In this document: positions 23,310 through 34,670 of the stretch, one piece after another
How the letters are laid out: the number at the start of each line of letters is the position of its first letter
Position numbering within the stretch: position 1 is the stretch's first letter
Assembly: GCA_023920165.1 (NCBI GenBank)
Contig: CP089278.1
Location: 2,356,001 to 2,420,000, forward strand
DNA length: 64,000 nucleotides
Reading direction: 5' to 3'
Origin: Curvularia clavata
Taxonomy: Eukaryota
Position numbers and translations under genes: made by a program
Notes under the pieces: generated by a model
What the model was told of the DNA's origin: nothing
What the model saw: the letters and a program-made list of their open reading frames with translations, nothing else
The model's database searches: none

Positions 23310-24885
23310 GTTGAGGTACGGCGGTAAACTATGGCAAGACGTCGGATGCTGAGGGAAAATTATGTAGATTATTCGACGAAATGCTGAACGATGGACGACT
23401 ACTAGAACCAGGGACGAATGCCGAGGGCAAAGGAGCGGATATGGAAGCGAGTGACAAGACGGTTGATCCGACAGCCGGGGATAGGAGCGAGCGGTCTCAA
23501 ATCTATATCACGACGACAACCTGTACGTGCGGTATTAACAGGGTTTATTTAGACTGCCTGTTCCCATGCCGAACTAGCCAAAAGGTACCATGCGCGGTGT
23601 GGCGCTATCTGGTGGATGGCACACTAGTATACGACAGGACAACCATCGACCGACTGGTCTTGCTTTCTATCGCGCAATCACTAGCTACTCTCCCGCTTTC
23701 CATATGGACCATATTTCGCATGGGATTCGGATGAAAACAGGTTGCGCGATCCGTGAACCTGCAATTCTGGAAACCTGTTCGTATTCGGAAATCCTTCGAA
23801 ATGGTTAGCCGTAATCAACATCCAAGTCTGCACCGGCAGCCAGTCGTCGACGAGCATTGACACGTCCAGGCGCCTACAGGTGGGGTGATAGCAAAATCTT
23901 GTGATTCGCTTGGAAATCGTTCGGCAAGTGTTCATTTCTTTTTAGCTTGGAACAAGTCGCAATTGAATCAATAAAGAAATGCGGGTTCACGTCATACGGG
24001 CCGCCTTGATTCCAACACACGGGATACGTTGGTTGGTTCCTGGCAGCATACCCACTTCATGGGTGGGCTCCCACGCCACATTGCCGTTTCTTTCTCTCAT
24101 CTTTCTTCGCGCTAGCACGCGACCTCGATTTTTTCTGTAACTCGCATGATTCCTTTTGAAGAGCGGCAAGTGGGACGATAAAAGCAGTCGGATATTTGCT
24201 TGAGCTTGATGTCTATGCATCTGCAACCCGCCCCTCCACCCCCCATCATTAGGAAAAGAATAGCAATGCCACCACAAGATTGCCAGCTGTGATCACAGCA
24301 CACTTGATCTAAACCTAAAGCCATCTCGCGAACACGTAGCTACACACGTACAAGAACTTTGCAGGAGGCTAGTCACGGCTAGTTCGGCACGTATCGACCT
24401 AACCCTAAACTCATTCCCCGGGTTGGACGACTTTCCAATGCGATTTCGTTAGGAGAAGGCATCTAATGATTGCTTCCTCGTTCACAGGCCATCTCATTGG
24501 ATAGAGAATATGTATTTTGGTTTCCCCTTACCGTTCTTTTTGCCAATTAGCGTGCACCGGACTAAAAATAGGACCAAGCATCAAGTCGGGCACTGGTTCA
24601 GGGCCTCGTAGTGCACCATAGGGACATCGAGGTGGCAGCTATGACTACGTGTTATCAGGGGTAAAGGTGAACAGGGAGAGCGATGTGCCTAAAGACGATA
24701 TGCCTCGGAGCTTCCCTTGTCAAACATCTACACAATACAGATCAACAATCTCCATACAGTTAACAGATATGGATACGAAAAAGGCCAAGACGTTATTGTA
24801 CGGCAAACATCAGCGGAATCATGTAGCCGATCGGGATCACGTGACCTCTCCACTCATACGAAAAAAATTCATTCACTGCAAAAAG

Positions 24886-25004
24886 ACATACGACAGCGGG
24901 GATTCGCCAGTGGTCACCCACCTGACTACTAGTCCGCCGGTCTCGAGCTTAAGTATGATTGATCGAACGGGGAATCCTGCTTTCTCGAGCCTATGGTCGT
25001 ATGT
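24886..25004 (-). rRNA. Dispersed 5S rRNA gene (119 nt)
   Basis: ACATACGACCATAGG...TACTTAAG...TAGTAGT..GGTGGGTGACCAC..GCGAATCCC..CTGTCGTATGT, ends complementary, followed by a T5 Pol III terminator; matches the filamentous-ascomycete 5S pattern. Confidence 0.96.
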
Positions 25005-25893
25005 ATTAGACATGTTCAGTTTTGGGAGATAAATCTACCGGGAAATCATTTCTCGAGCAGAGTTCTGGTAGAGCTACATGACGACTGCAGACTCTGGAAC
25101 TACCCTAGGCTTGTTCTGGGGTATTCTTTCCTGGCTTTGTCTCCTGTAGTAGCCAAGGACTGGATGTGTGTGTTGAATCTAACGTCGGTATTGGCGGAGA
25201 GAGCCATGCCAGAGGCTTGTGTTGATGAGACAGCATAAACGGAGCAATGTTAGTACCAGAGGTTTATGTTGTTCAAGCCACTGGCCGTAGCGTGTACGAG
25301 GTATAGGGGATCGCACTTTATCAGTCCCCAGTGGGAGTACAGGCTCTCCACATACTTCTTGAAGGATTTTTAAGCGGCCTCGAGTAATGTCCATGATCTG
25401 TGGTGCTTCAGTACGTAGTGTGGGATGTCCATGACTTGGATGAACTGCCCGCTATTTTACTACTGGTGTCACGTGTTATACAACCTTTGGGTACCCCCTG
25501 GAGGGCGCTTCTCTCTGCCTCCACAGCTTCAGCACATTACTTGGCAATATGGAATCGACTCCCACTGCGGCATACAACACAGTCCGTCACATCATGAACC
25601 TGCATAAAATTACTAGTCGATTCGGACAGTAGGTGTCGTTGTGAAGAACACTGATCGTATTTCCAAGGGTATCTTCTCCTGAAATTCTTTGCATGATATG
25701 ACGATCGAAGACAGGAATTCCGAGATTTCTACTGGTGTTTTGCTATAAGTAACCAGGGTTGCAATTCTCCCAACGACCCGGACTCTTTTCCACAAATATA
25801 GGTGGGCCAACAAGAACATGCTTATTGGAATTGCCGCGCGTACACGGAACCAAGAAATAGCAGTGTATCTTTCTATTTGAACTGCGGCCAACA

Positions 25894-26173
25894 CTAACAC
25901 CAGAAAGTGGTCTGTAGTTGTTAACACGTTGTCGCAACTACGGGACTGAGGAATACGTACACAGCATTGCTTCCTTCCTAAAGCAACATCTTCATCGTAA
26001 CAATATGTGTAACAGGGTATGGAAAAGTCGACTTCGAAGCAAGGCAAATCAAGTTTCATCTCCCCCCTCTTAGTGCATACACCGCAGAGTCTTTGGGTGG
26101 GTTTGAGAACGACAGCTGTGGCGCTTGGTAAAATGATGAGCGCCGATATGACCGTAGTAAATGATATCTTCAT
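25894..26173 (-). CDS. Small secreted cysteine-rich protein, 76 aa, 8 Cys (intron 25912-25960); effector candidate
   Basis: MKISFTTVISALIILPSATA signal peptide; GTACGT..TTAAC..CAG intron joins ...RKQCC to TTFWC*; TATAAAA upstream at about 26248-26254. Confidence 0.7.
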
Positions 26174-27616
26174 GATTGGGAGAATAGACGAGACAAGAGG
26201 CGTAAAGAGTTGTATACTAGCGAGTCGCCAGTGGAAAGAAAGACAGGGTTTTATAGGCTCACGGGCGAAAGAGCTGTAAAGTCTGGTAAAGGCTGTGTGG
26301 AAGATAAAGTGGAGATTAAAATAACTGCGACAACTGCCTGGAGAGAAATAGGAGACCTGTTGTCCAACTACCCAGGGCCTTGGAACTAACTGAGCATCAA
26401 CTAGAGCTCTTTGAGCCACGCTGCGGTATAGTTCAGGAGCCGATGGCTGAAAACAATTGCTTGAAGGAGACGCCATAGTAGAGATACACATAATTCATGC
26501 ACTCGAATGTTGTTCACGGCCTTGGACTTTTGTCAACTCAATGTCGTTGAGGCGTATACAGTCATCACCACTGATAGAGGATTTGCTATCTACGGTGTCG
26601 CCCTCAATAACATGACGGCTAAACCAGAGCGACTTCTTAGCATAATCGAATATTCACTGCCAGCGGCATAGCTAATCTTCGGGTCCTCACAAGATACTGC
26701 GCTAAGCTTTCTCAAGACCCGCAATGCCAAGCACTTAACGCTTGCTTAACCTACATACACCTAAATGCAGCGCGGCGATCAAGCCAATAACACGTCCGAG
26801 GAAGCACGTCCGGGTGCTGGATAAGGCACGGGATGTGTCCGGAGGCTGTGCAGGCTAGAGAAGATAGGTGCTTGAAGATAGCTTGGCCACACCAGGGTAC
26901 GAACTTGGATCTGAGGAAATACTCTACGTAGTTGGAGAAAGTTGTGTGGATCGGTGGTTCAGCAATCGCAATGGACACTTGACCCTGGATCCTAAATGCT
27001 AGCCTTTCTGCTGTTTGACCCTCATGGACTACGTTGATGGTGCGAAACAAGCTGCAGCCATTGCACTCACGACCTTCGTCTGAATTGGTTTTTGAGTTGT
27101 GGAGTCTTCCTGTACAAACAGTAAAATCGGAAAATCAAAACAAGCTTATCTACACTGCCAACACAGTAAAAGACACTGCGACAACTGCCGCTACTTCAAA
27201 AGTAGAATTCTAAGTACTAAAAACCTAGTAAACAGTAAGTAGCTATATCAACTACAACTACTTTGAAAAGTGGTGGGTTTTAGTCGTGGGAAAGGGAGTT
27301 CCGGTGGGGAGTGGAGAGGCGGGAGGCGATCAAACACTGGCCAGACTCACCCTTAGCAACGCCAATGACATCATAGTGGCTGTACCTGCAGCCAGCATTG
27401 ACAGCAACTTCCGACTCGTGTACAAACCTGCTGTCGTCCATCACTAACCGCCTAGTGTGCCTTCACCACTGCTATTTCTTCCCGGGCACCGGTCTTCCTG
27501 TTCTCGCGTTACTTTCTGTTCGTCAGCCTGTCGCTTTGAACCCTTTTCTTAAACGCGAGTAGCACGCGTCCATCCTTATAAGTTTTACTCTTTGCTGTCA
27601 TCATTACAAGATCAGC

Positions 27617-29261
27617 ATGGTGCATCGAAACACTTTGCAGCACCTGCTGCAACTGAGCGCAACCCTGGGTCTCGCTACGGCAGTGGCCCTACCAGAGCCA
27701 ACGGCCGTCCCCGCAAAGGTTGAAGCTCGAGAGCCAGCTGTTACTCCAGCGGCGATTCGATTCGACGGTCGGCATAGCTACGTTCAGAAGAGGGACATCA
27801 TTGACGACATCAAGAGCGGAGTCGAGGGCTACGCACAGTCACTGGGCAGCGTGCTGGGTACTGATCTGCCAAGCTTCTTCACGGACGGTAAGCAATCCTC
27901 GCGTGGAAAAGTCTCGCGCTAGTACTGCTAGTAAAGCTTACACTGACACTTCTCTAGGTATCCCGGGATGGTTCGAAAACCTACCTACCGGCTCTCAAGT
28001 CCTCAGTTCTCTCGGTATTAACGATGGCGATTTGGATTCGAAGCCTACACAAGTCCTCAACATTCCCCCGTATGCGAACTGGACCGACCAGGGCTGGAAC
28101 GTGCGCTTCCACGGCAATGTCTACAAATACCCTGATATCTCTCAGGAAAAGATCGATGATCTGGCCAATGTCTTCTTGATTGACACAAGCGTCGACAAAT
28201 TGCCTGCAGATCAGCAAGCGCAGGCACGTAACCTCACCCGCTCCATCTTCGTCGTCCAGCAAGGTGACCGCAATGTCTCAATGAGTCTTGAGCCCTCGCC
28301 CATGCAAGGCGCCGACGGTGAGCCTGGCGGTGGCAACTCTATCCAGGCACCCGGTGGTACCCAGAATCTTACCCTCCCATATCCGACCACTGACCAAGGC
28401 GATTTCGACGTCTTCGTGCCCATCGAGTTGAACGGTCTCATTCCCGGCAACCAGACCAACAATGTTCAGCGCCTCAACGTACACACTAACGGCACTGACA
28501 GCGGAAATGCCACTGCCTTCCTTGTTCCGTCTGAGGGTATCACCTTCGTCTCTGACATTGATGACATCCTGCGCGTGACCAAGATTTACGAACCTAAGGA
28601 AGGTCTTCTCAACTCCTTTGCCCGCCCTTTTACTCCTTGGATGAACATGCCTGACATTTATGCCAACTGGTCTCGCACTCTTCCCAACAACACACACTTC
28701 CATTACCTAACCACAACTCCTGAACAAGCTACCCGTCTCTACATGGACTTCATCTACAAGACCTACCCTGGCGGCTCCTTTGATACACGCCCGCTCAACT
28801 TCTCCGATGTCAAGGCTACTCTCTCAATTCGCCAGTACCTCCTCAATAAGGTTTTCGAGACCTTCCCTCAGCGCAAGTTTGTCCTCATTGCCGACACTTC
28901 AAACAGCGATGTTATGAGGGACTATCCTCAGCTCGCCCACGATCATCCCAACCAAGTTCAGTGTATCTTCTTGCGCAACACATCAGCCACCGACGACAAA
29001 ATGTGGTTCCCTTACAACACTGAGGGTTTCAAGGGTCTGAACAGCCGCAGCTACATGTTCTTCCGTGTACCAGATGACTTGACCGGACTGGACATTGCCA
29101 ATGGACAGTGTCTGAACGAATCTATTCCTCAAAACGTTACATTCTCCAGGCAAGCAGAGATTCTCGGTATCCATGGAGACAGCGCCGGTGCTAGGCTGGA
29201 TAGCGGAGTCACGCTTAGCTTTGTGCTAGCGCTCGTTGCTGCCGTTGTTCTGTTCATGTAA
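27617..29261 (+). CDS. Secreted/GPI-anchored App1-like (DUF2183, HAD-fold phosphatidate phosphatase-like) protein (intron 27888-27957)
   Basis: Signal peptide and KR site; FVSDIDDILRVT, FHYLTTTP, FPQRKFVLIAD, VQCIFLRN blocks as in App1; C-terminal SAG + hydrophobic tail. Confidence 0.85.
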
Positions 29262-29561
29262 AACGCGAATTGCTAACGCCATGATGTTGAGTAAAACGAC
29301 TGCACATGATATATGGGGTGTTCCTTGATGTAGATATGGGTTCTTTTTTTTTAGCGTAGAGCACATGATCAGCTCTGATTCTGTTTTCATATTCTTCTGT
29401 GCATAGCGTTAGTTCTATTAGGGCAGGCAAAAAACCGCTTAGCTACTCTATGACACTCACTCGCAACTTGATACATTCTTTTCCATTTATCTTACACATG
29501 TGAAGTGGTGCATCCTTCCACCAAGATTGCGAGGCTTAGATCTATACCGATTTCCATCTTA

Positions 29562-31754
29562 CTACATACACATGCTCTCCTCAAACCTCCTAACAACCTC
29601 CAGCATCTCAGCATCTAGTCTGCAGCCGCTCAGGAAGGTTACACTGAAGGGTAATACACCTTGGTCTTCATCTTGCCCACTCAGTTCCGTAATGGGGTAC
29701 GTTCCCGCTGGTACAGAGACACCACATAGGTCCAATACGTTTCCGCAGTGTGTAAACTCACCCAAGATACTGTTCTTCTTAATCGGATCAGCAAGGACCT
29801 CTTCGATTTTCCAGTGCGTGGGCGTGGTAGGCACCACAACGACGTCGACCCCAGCCGCCGAATATGCGAATACCTGCTCCGCCTGCCGAGTATACATGGC
29901 TTTGGCTTGGAGGTCACGGTATGCATCCACGGCAGAGCTTTTCCGACTCACGACCGCGTCCATGAGCTGCGCGGTTACCGGGTGTAAAGCCGAACGATTC
30001 TTTTCGAGAAAATCGTCGGGAAGCGAAGCTAGTCGTTCTGATACAAAAGTCCCATCGTAGAGCAACTGTCCTGCTTTTTGGAATGGCGACCAATCGATCG
30101 GCTGGAGGACGCCGCCTAGCGCTTGCAACTTCGATACCGTTTCATTAAACATGCGGCGTGTGGGCGGAGAGCAGATGGCAAGCGCTTCGGACGGCGGGAT
30201 ACCAAATTTAAAGGTACGTGACTTTGCACCAATGCTGTTGACGTGGCGTTCAAAAGTTAACTCGGGTTTTGCGTAGGGGTCAAGTGCGTCATAGCCTTCC
30301 AGTACCTGCCACAAGGTACGAGCATCGGATATAGTCTTTGTAGAAAGCGCGATACAGTCGAGCGATAAACACGCCGGAGTGATACCGCGGAAAGAAATGG
30401 TGCCCCTTGTGGGCTTGAAACCCACAATGCCATTCAGCCCAGCGGGAACCCTCCCAGAACCTGCCGTGTCTGTGGCTAAAGAGAAAGACACGAGATTTGC
30501 GCCTACAGATACTGCGCTGCCACTGCTCGACCCGCCGCTTATGTAGTCCTTGTGATACACAGAGTGAGGTATACCGTACGGGCTACGACATCCCACTAGA
30601 CCGGTAGCTAACTGATCCAAATTCGTCTTGCCGATGAACAAAGCACCTTGTTCAATGACCTTTTCGTATACCACGGCAGAGGTCGAAGGCACATGGGCGA
30701 GTGGCGGACACGCGGTCGTAGTGGGGAGACCAGCGATATCGATGCTATCTTTTACGCTAAAAGGAATGCCAAATAGAGGAGGTAGGGCATTTCGATCGGG
30801 AAATCTCATGATTAGCTCCCTTGCAGCTTGCATGATGGTTTCGCGTGACTGCAGATGAATCCATACTGCTGGATCAATCTCCTTGTACGCTTCGATCTTC
30901 TTGTAGATTGCTTCGACTACTGTCAGAGGTGAAAGGCCCTTCTTATATGCTTGTCGCAGACTGGACATCGTAAGATCGCCATCAAATTCGGGCGGCGTTT
31001 GAGGAGGTGTAGAGTCGATCTGATTTTGTTTGGTGGTGAAAGGCTCGAGGGCCTTAAGGAGGGGCTCTAGACTGCCGATGAAGCCGAATAGACCCTGCGA
31101 CCAGTGTATCATGTCCAGTGTTGACTTTTTGAAGCACGCATCGTTGTATCCACTGGTGGCCTCCTCGATTCCACAACACTCGAAGCCACGATCGTTTGCT
31201 TCTCGAATGGTTGTAGCAAAGCAACATTCAGTAGTTACTCCTGATACTATGAGATGTGTGATGGCTCGCATCTTGAACTGATGTAGAATAGGCGTATTCC
31301 AGAAAGAGCCTTTGCCAGGCTTGTCGATGACCACCTCGTCGGGTAGCGGTTTTAGCTCATCAATGATTTCATGTCCATACTCCCCTCTGATCAATAGGCG
31401 ACCCAGCTCTCCCGTGTCACCAATGACGAGTTTGTGTTGGGTATTACCGGGCGCTGCTTCTTGCCGGATAAGCTTTGACGAGGGGCAGTCGGAGAGATCT
31501 GGTTTGTGCCCTTCGCGTGTGTGAACAATGGTCATGCCAGCACTTCGACATGCATCCAGGAGCCGTTTGGTAGGGGCAATTGAGGCTTGAACTGCTTCCA
31601 GGTTTCCACCCTGTATTTCACCAAACCCTTGAGGGAGTAAGAAGTCGCGCTGCATATCAATAACGAGTAATGCAGTGTGGGCCAGAGGAAAGGAAAATGC
31701 ATATGGCTTTGCGTCAAAAGACACCATATTGGGTGTTGCTGTTGCCTTCGCCAT
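29562..31754 (-). CDS. Fusion of isochorismatase-family cysteine hydrolase (triuret/biuret hydrolase-like) and allophanate-hydrolase-type amidase
   Basis: IDMQRDF, HTREGH, DKPGKGSF, GVTTECC..TTIREANDRGFEC; then PFSVKDSID, GKTNLDQLATGLVGCRSPYG, GGSSSGSA, TDTAGSGRVPA amidase signature. Confidence 0.9.
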   Translation of the reverse strand: MAKATATPNMVSFDAKPYAFSFPLAHTALLVIDMQRDFLLPQGFGEIQGGNLEAVQASIAPTKRLLDACRSAGMTIVHTREGHKPDLSDCPSSKLIRQEAAPGNTQHKLVIGDTGELGRLLIRGEYGHEIIDELKPLPDEVVIDKPGKGSFWNTPILHQFKMRAITHLIVSGVTTECCFATTIREANDRGFECCGIEEATSGYNDACFKKSTLDMIHWSQGLFGFIGSLEPLLKALEPFTTKQNQIDSTPPQTPPEFDGDLTMSSLRQAYKKGLSPLTVVEAIYKKIEAYKEIDPAVWIHLQSRETIMQAARELIMRFPDRNALPPLFGIPFSVKDSIDIAGLPTTTACPPLAHVPSTSAVVYEKVIEQGALFIGKTNLDQLATGLVGCRSPYGIPHSVYHKDYISGGSSSGSAVSVGANLVSFSLATDTAGSGRVPAGLNGIVGFKPTRGTISFRGITPACLSLDCIALSTKTISDARTLWQVLEGYDALDPYAKPELTFERHVNSIGAKSRTFKFGIPPSEALAICSPPTRRMFNETVSKLQALGGVLQPIDWSPFQKAGQLLYDGTFVSERLASLPDDFLEKNRSALHPVTAQLMDAVVSRKSSAVDAYRDLQAKAMYTRQAEQVFAYSAAGVDVVVVPTTPTHWKIEEVLADPIKKNSILGEFTHCGNVLDLCGVSVPAGTYPITELSGQDEDQGVLPFSVTFLSGCRLDAEMLEVVRRFEESMCM

Positions 31755-32107
31755 TCTCTCCAATCGTGAGGTGCAAGACAAAGATCAAGATGACATATGG
31801 TAGACAGTGAGGAAATGCCTGAAATCTGCTGGATTTGATGGTAAGACGAGGAAACCTCAGACATAAAGCGGAACGTTTCATCTTTAGAATAGATTCTACA
31901 CTGACGAAGATTGATGTCCGAGAACGGCTTATGCAACAGGCCTACGGCGGGCGGCGGCGCGATGATTTATGTGGGTCAGCGGGGTACACGGCTTTTGTTT
32001 GCCCTTACTCGAAACCTCCATATTTTAGCCAAAGGCTAAGTCATCATTGGCGACTGAGACAGTTGCACAGTATTAAAACACTAGTAGTTACCAAATTAAG
32101 CTTAGCT

Positions 32108-32319
32108 TTATCTGTCAAAGATTTAAGGTATTGAACACATTCGTCGGAACTAGTACTGGTCGAGATAAGCTCTCTCCAACTACCCCAGTATCCCCAATAC
32201 GTGGTACCTGACAATATGGTTCACTCAATCATGCCTCCGCCAACGCTTATACGCCTTTCCGCGCGTACGTTGGATGTGCCGACGGTCCCTATCTTGATAG
32301 ACATGAGCCCTAACGATAA
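32108..32319. promoter_or_regulatory. Cluster of HGATAR (AreA/NIT2-type) sites in the divergent hydrolase/permease promoter
   Basis: TTATCT 32108, AGATAA 32163, CTATCT 32289, TGATAG 32295, CGATAA 32314. Confidence 0.55.
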
Positions 32320-32473
32320 AAACTTCCGATGCGGGTATCTGCGGGGACGATCTTGATACGCGGAGAACGCCCTAGCTGGATCATCGTTGGTATTAAACGT
32401 ACCGCAGAAGTATGGAGTCCAGCAAATCTGGCGGTATTCCTCAATTGCTACTGACGTTCCAATATCTGCGACC

Positions 32474-34259
32474 ATGTCAGTACTCAAGGCGAGGCTTGCG
32501 CCTTACTTCCATCTAAGAGTTCCATTCAAGAGTGGCAAGTATGGCTCCCGCTGGTCAAACAAAGGTGAGAAATCATTCGAGACTCCTATCACTCAAACAT
32601 TACTAATAGCTGAACGTATGGTAGACATGGACCCTATCCCTCCGGAACAACGTACCTGGGGCGGACTCGATTACTGGGCATACTGGTGTTCCGACCTTTT
32701 AGCCCCTCCTCTAGCATCTACCGTCAGCAGTGTCATGGCTCTAGGCTTTACAGCTAGAGAAACCGTCCCCATTGTGTTCTTCGGCTTTACAATGTGCGGC
32801 GTGGTCATCACACTCACCGGAAAGATGGGCGCCACGTATGCTGTTCCCTTCCCCGTCATTGTTCGCAGTGTCTTTGGAATGTACGGTTCATTTCCGGCTA
32901 TATGTATTCGTGCATTTGTTGCGGCCATGTGGTGTGCCATCCTTACGGTACAAGCCAGCAACTTTCTTCAACGCTGCATCGAGGCCATATGGCCAAGCTT
33001 CACCACTTTTCCGAATCATCTCCCTGAGAGCGCTGGTATTGATTGTGAGTCTCAATAATCACTGAGATCACGGAAGATACTGAAGGATGATAGCTGCCGG
33101 GCTGCTTTGCTTGTTCCTGTATTGGTTTCTTCAAACTGCCCTAGCCCTTATGCCAATTTCTAAGCTGCGGGTTCTCTTCTGGATCAAGGCCATCATAGTC
33201 CCACCGACCTTCCTTGCCTTATTCTTGTGGGCTGTCGTCATCACAAAAGGGTGAGTTTCTCGTTCTGCCAAAGCAATGTGACACGCTGATGCAATGGTCA
33301 GTGGCGGCCCGCTCATTAAGGGAGAAGCGAAGATGACTTCGACGTACATGAATACCGCCTACTCAGCCCTTTCGGGACTCAACGCTGTTGCTGGACTGTT
33401 CTCATCGCTATCCGTCAATATGCCCGACTTTGGAAGGTTCTCAAAGGACAAGCTTGCCGGTTACCAACAGTTCCTTGCTCTTCCCATTATCGGAACGCTT
33501 GGAGCACTGACACCGATATTTGTGACTGACGCCCATTCATACTTGTGGGGTGACTTCGAGTGGTATATGCCGAATGTCATTGCAAAATTTGACTCCCGAG
33601 CCGCAAAATTCTTCGTATCCGCCAGCTTCCTCCTTGCGACCATCGTCAACCAGATCGCGGCTGATACCTATCCGTTTTCAAACGACGTAGCTGGCATGGT
33701 ACCCAAGTATATTGACGTCACCAGAGCTACTATATTCCTCTCCATCTTCTCGGTCGCATCCACGCCTTGGAATATCATTAAAAATGCTCAGGGTCTGCTC
33801 TCCTTCCTGAGTGGCTACTCCTGCCTTATGGGACCCCTGGCAGGCACCATGATCAGTGACTATTACCTTGTCAAGAAAAGCAAGCTCGACGTCGATCAAC
33901 TATACACCCATCATGGAATATACTGGTACAACAAGGGTTGGAATTGGAGAGCATATGTATCCTTCATAACTGGTTTCGCTCCTCTCATGCCTGGCTTTGC
34001 AAAAAGCATCAACAACACACTTGATATTGGTGGTGCTTGGAAGATTTATACATTTGCGTGGATCTTTGGGTTTTTCCTCTCGCTTTCTACGCACTATGTC
34101 ATATGCACATATATTTCAGTGCCGACGTCGTCGCTGATCGAGATTGCGGTGTACCCGCCGCAACTTGAAGATGTCGCCTCGTCTATCATTGAAGGCGAGG
34201 AAGTCTCAACCAAGGAAAAGCCTGTCTCAAATGCGAAGGGAGTAAAAGAAATGGTCTAG
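32474..34259 (+). CDS. NCS1-family (Fur/Dal4-like) nucleobase/allantoin permease (introns 32565-32624, 33045-33093, 33251-33301)
   Basis: WSNKDMDPIPPEQRTW, VPFPVIVRSVFGMYGS, NMPDFGRF, PWNII, GTMISDYYLV, YWYNKGWNWRA motifs; multiple hydrophobic segments. Confidence 0.93.
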
Positions 34260-34670
34260 ATGTCATCTACCGAAACCTGTATGCTAGATATTTGCGTTTT
34301 CATAGAAAGATAGAGATCAAATCACCGTAGATTCTCTTCGTTATAATGTCATACATGGCAACTTGAGCATCATGAAGCTGACGTTACTCTTAGTGATGTA
34401 GATGATTAATCCCTGCTGATCGGCGCTCTGGTTGGCTTGGCCTTTCCCGCTTCTTATCGTACCTCAATGGCCTCTCATTCTTACTCCGATGGCTCATCAG
34501 GTGGCCCTCAAATTAAGAGCTTCACCAGTAAAATTGGAGTAGTCGTGCAACTCAGTGCCGAGGTCGTCTCCATGCATCAAGCTCGTAGCGCGCTAGAAGC
34601 ACCACCAGACGATGCTTAGGCGGATACGAATCATCCACTAACAACGTCAACCACGGGTATAACACCACCA

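Noticed and set aside
24398..24408. CCTAACCCTAA, telomerase-RNA-template-like
   Set aside because: Single short match plausible by chance or as a telo-box; no pseudoknot or CR4/5 seen, and a 2-kb TER would overlap the antisense 5S gene
25040..27300. Possible RIP-degraded transposon remnants around the small secreted protein
   Set aside because: No terminal repeats, target-site duplications or transposase/RT motifs detectable by eye
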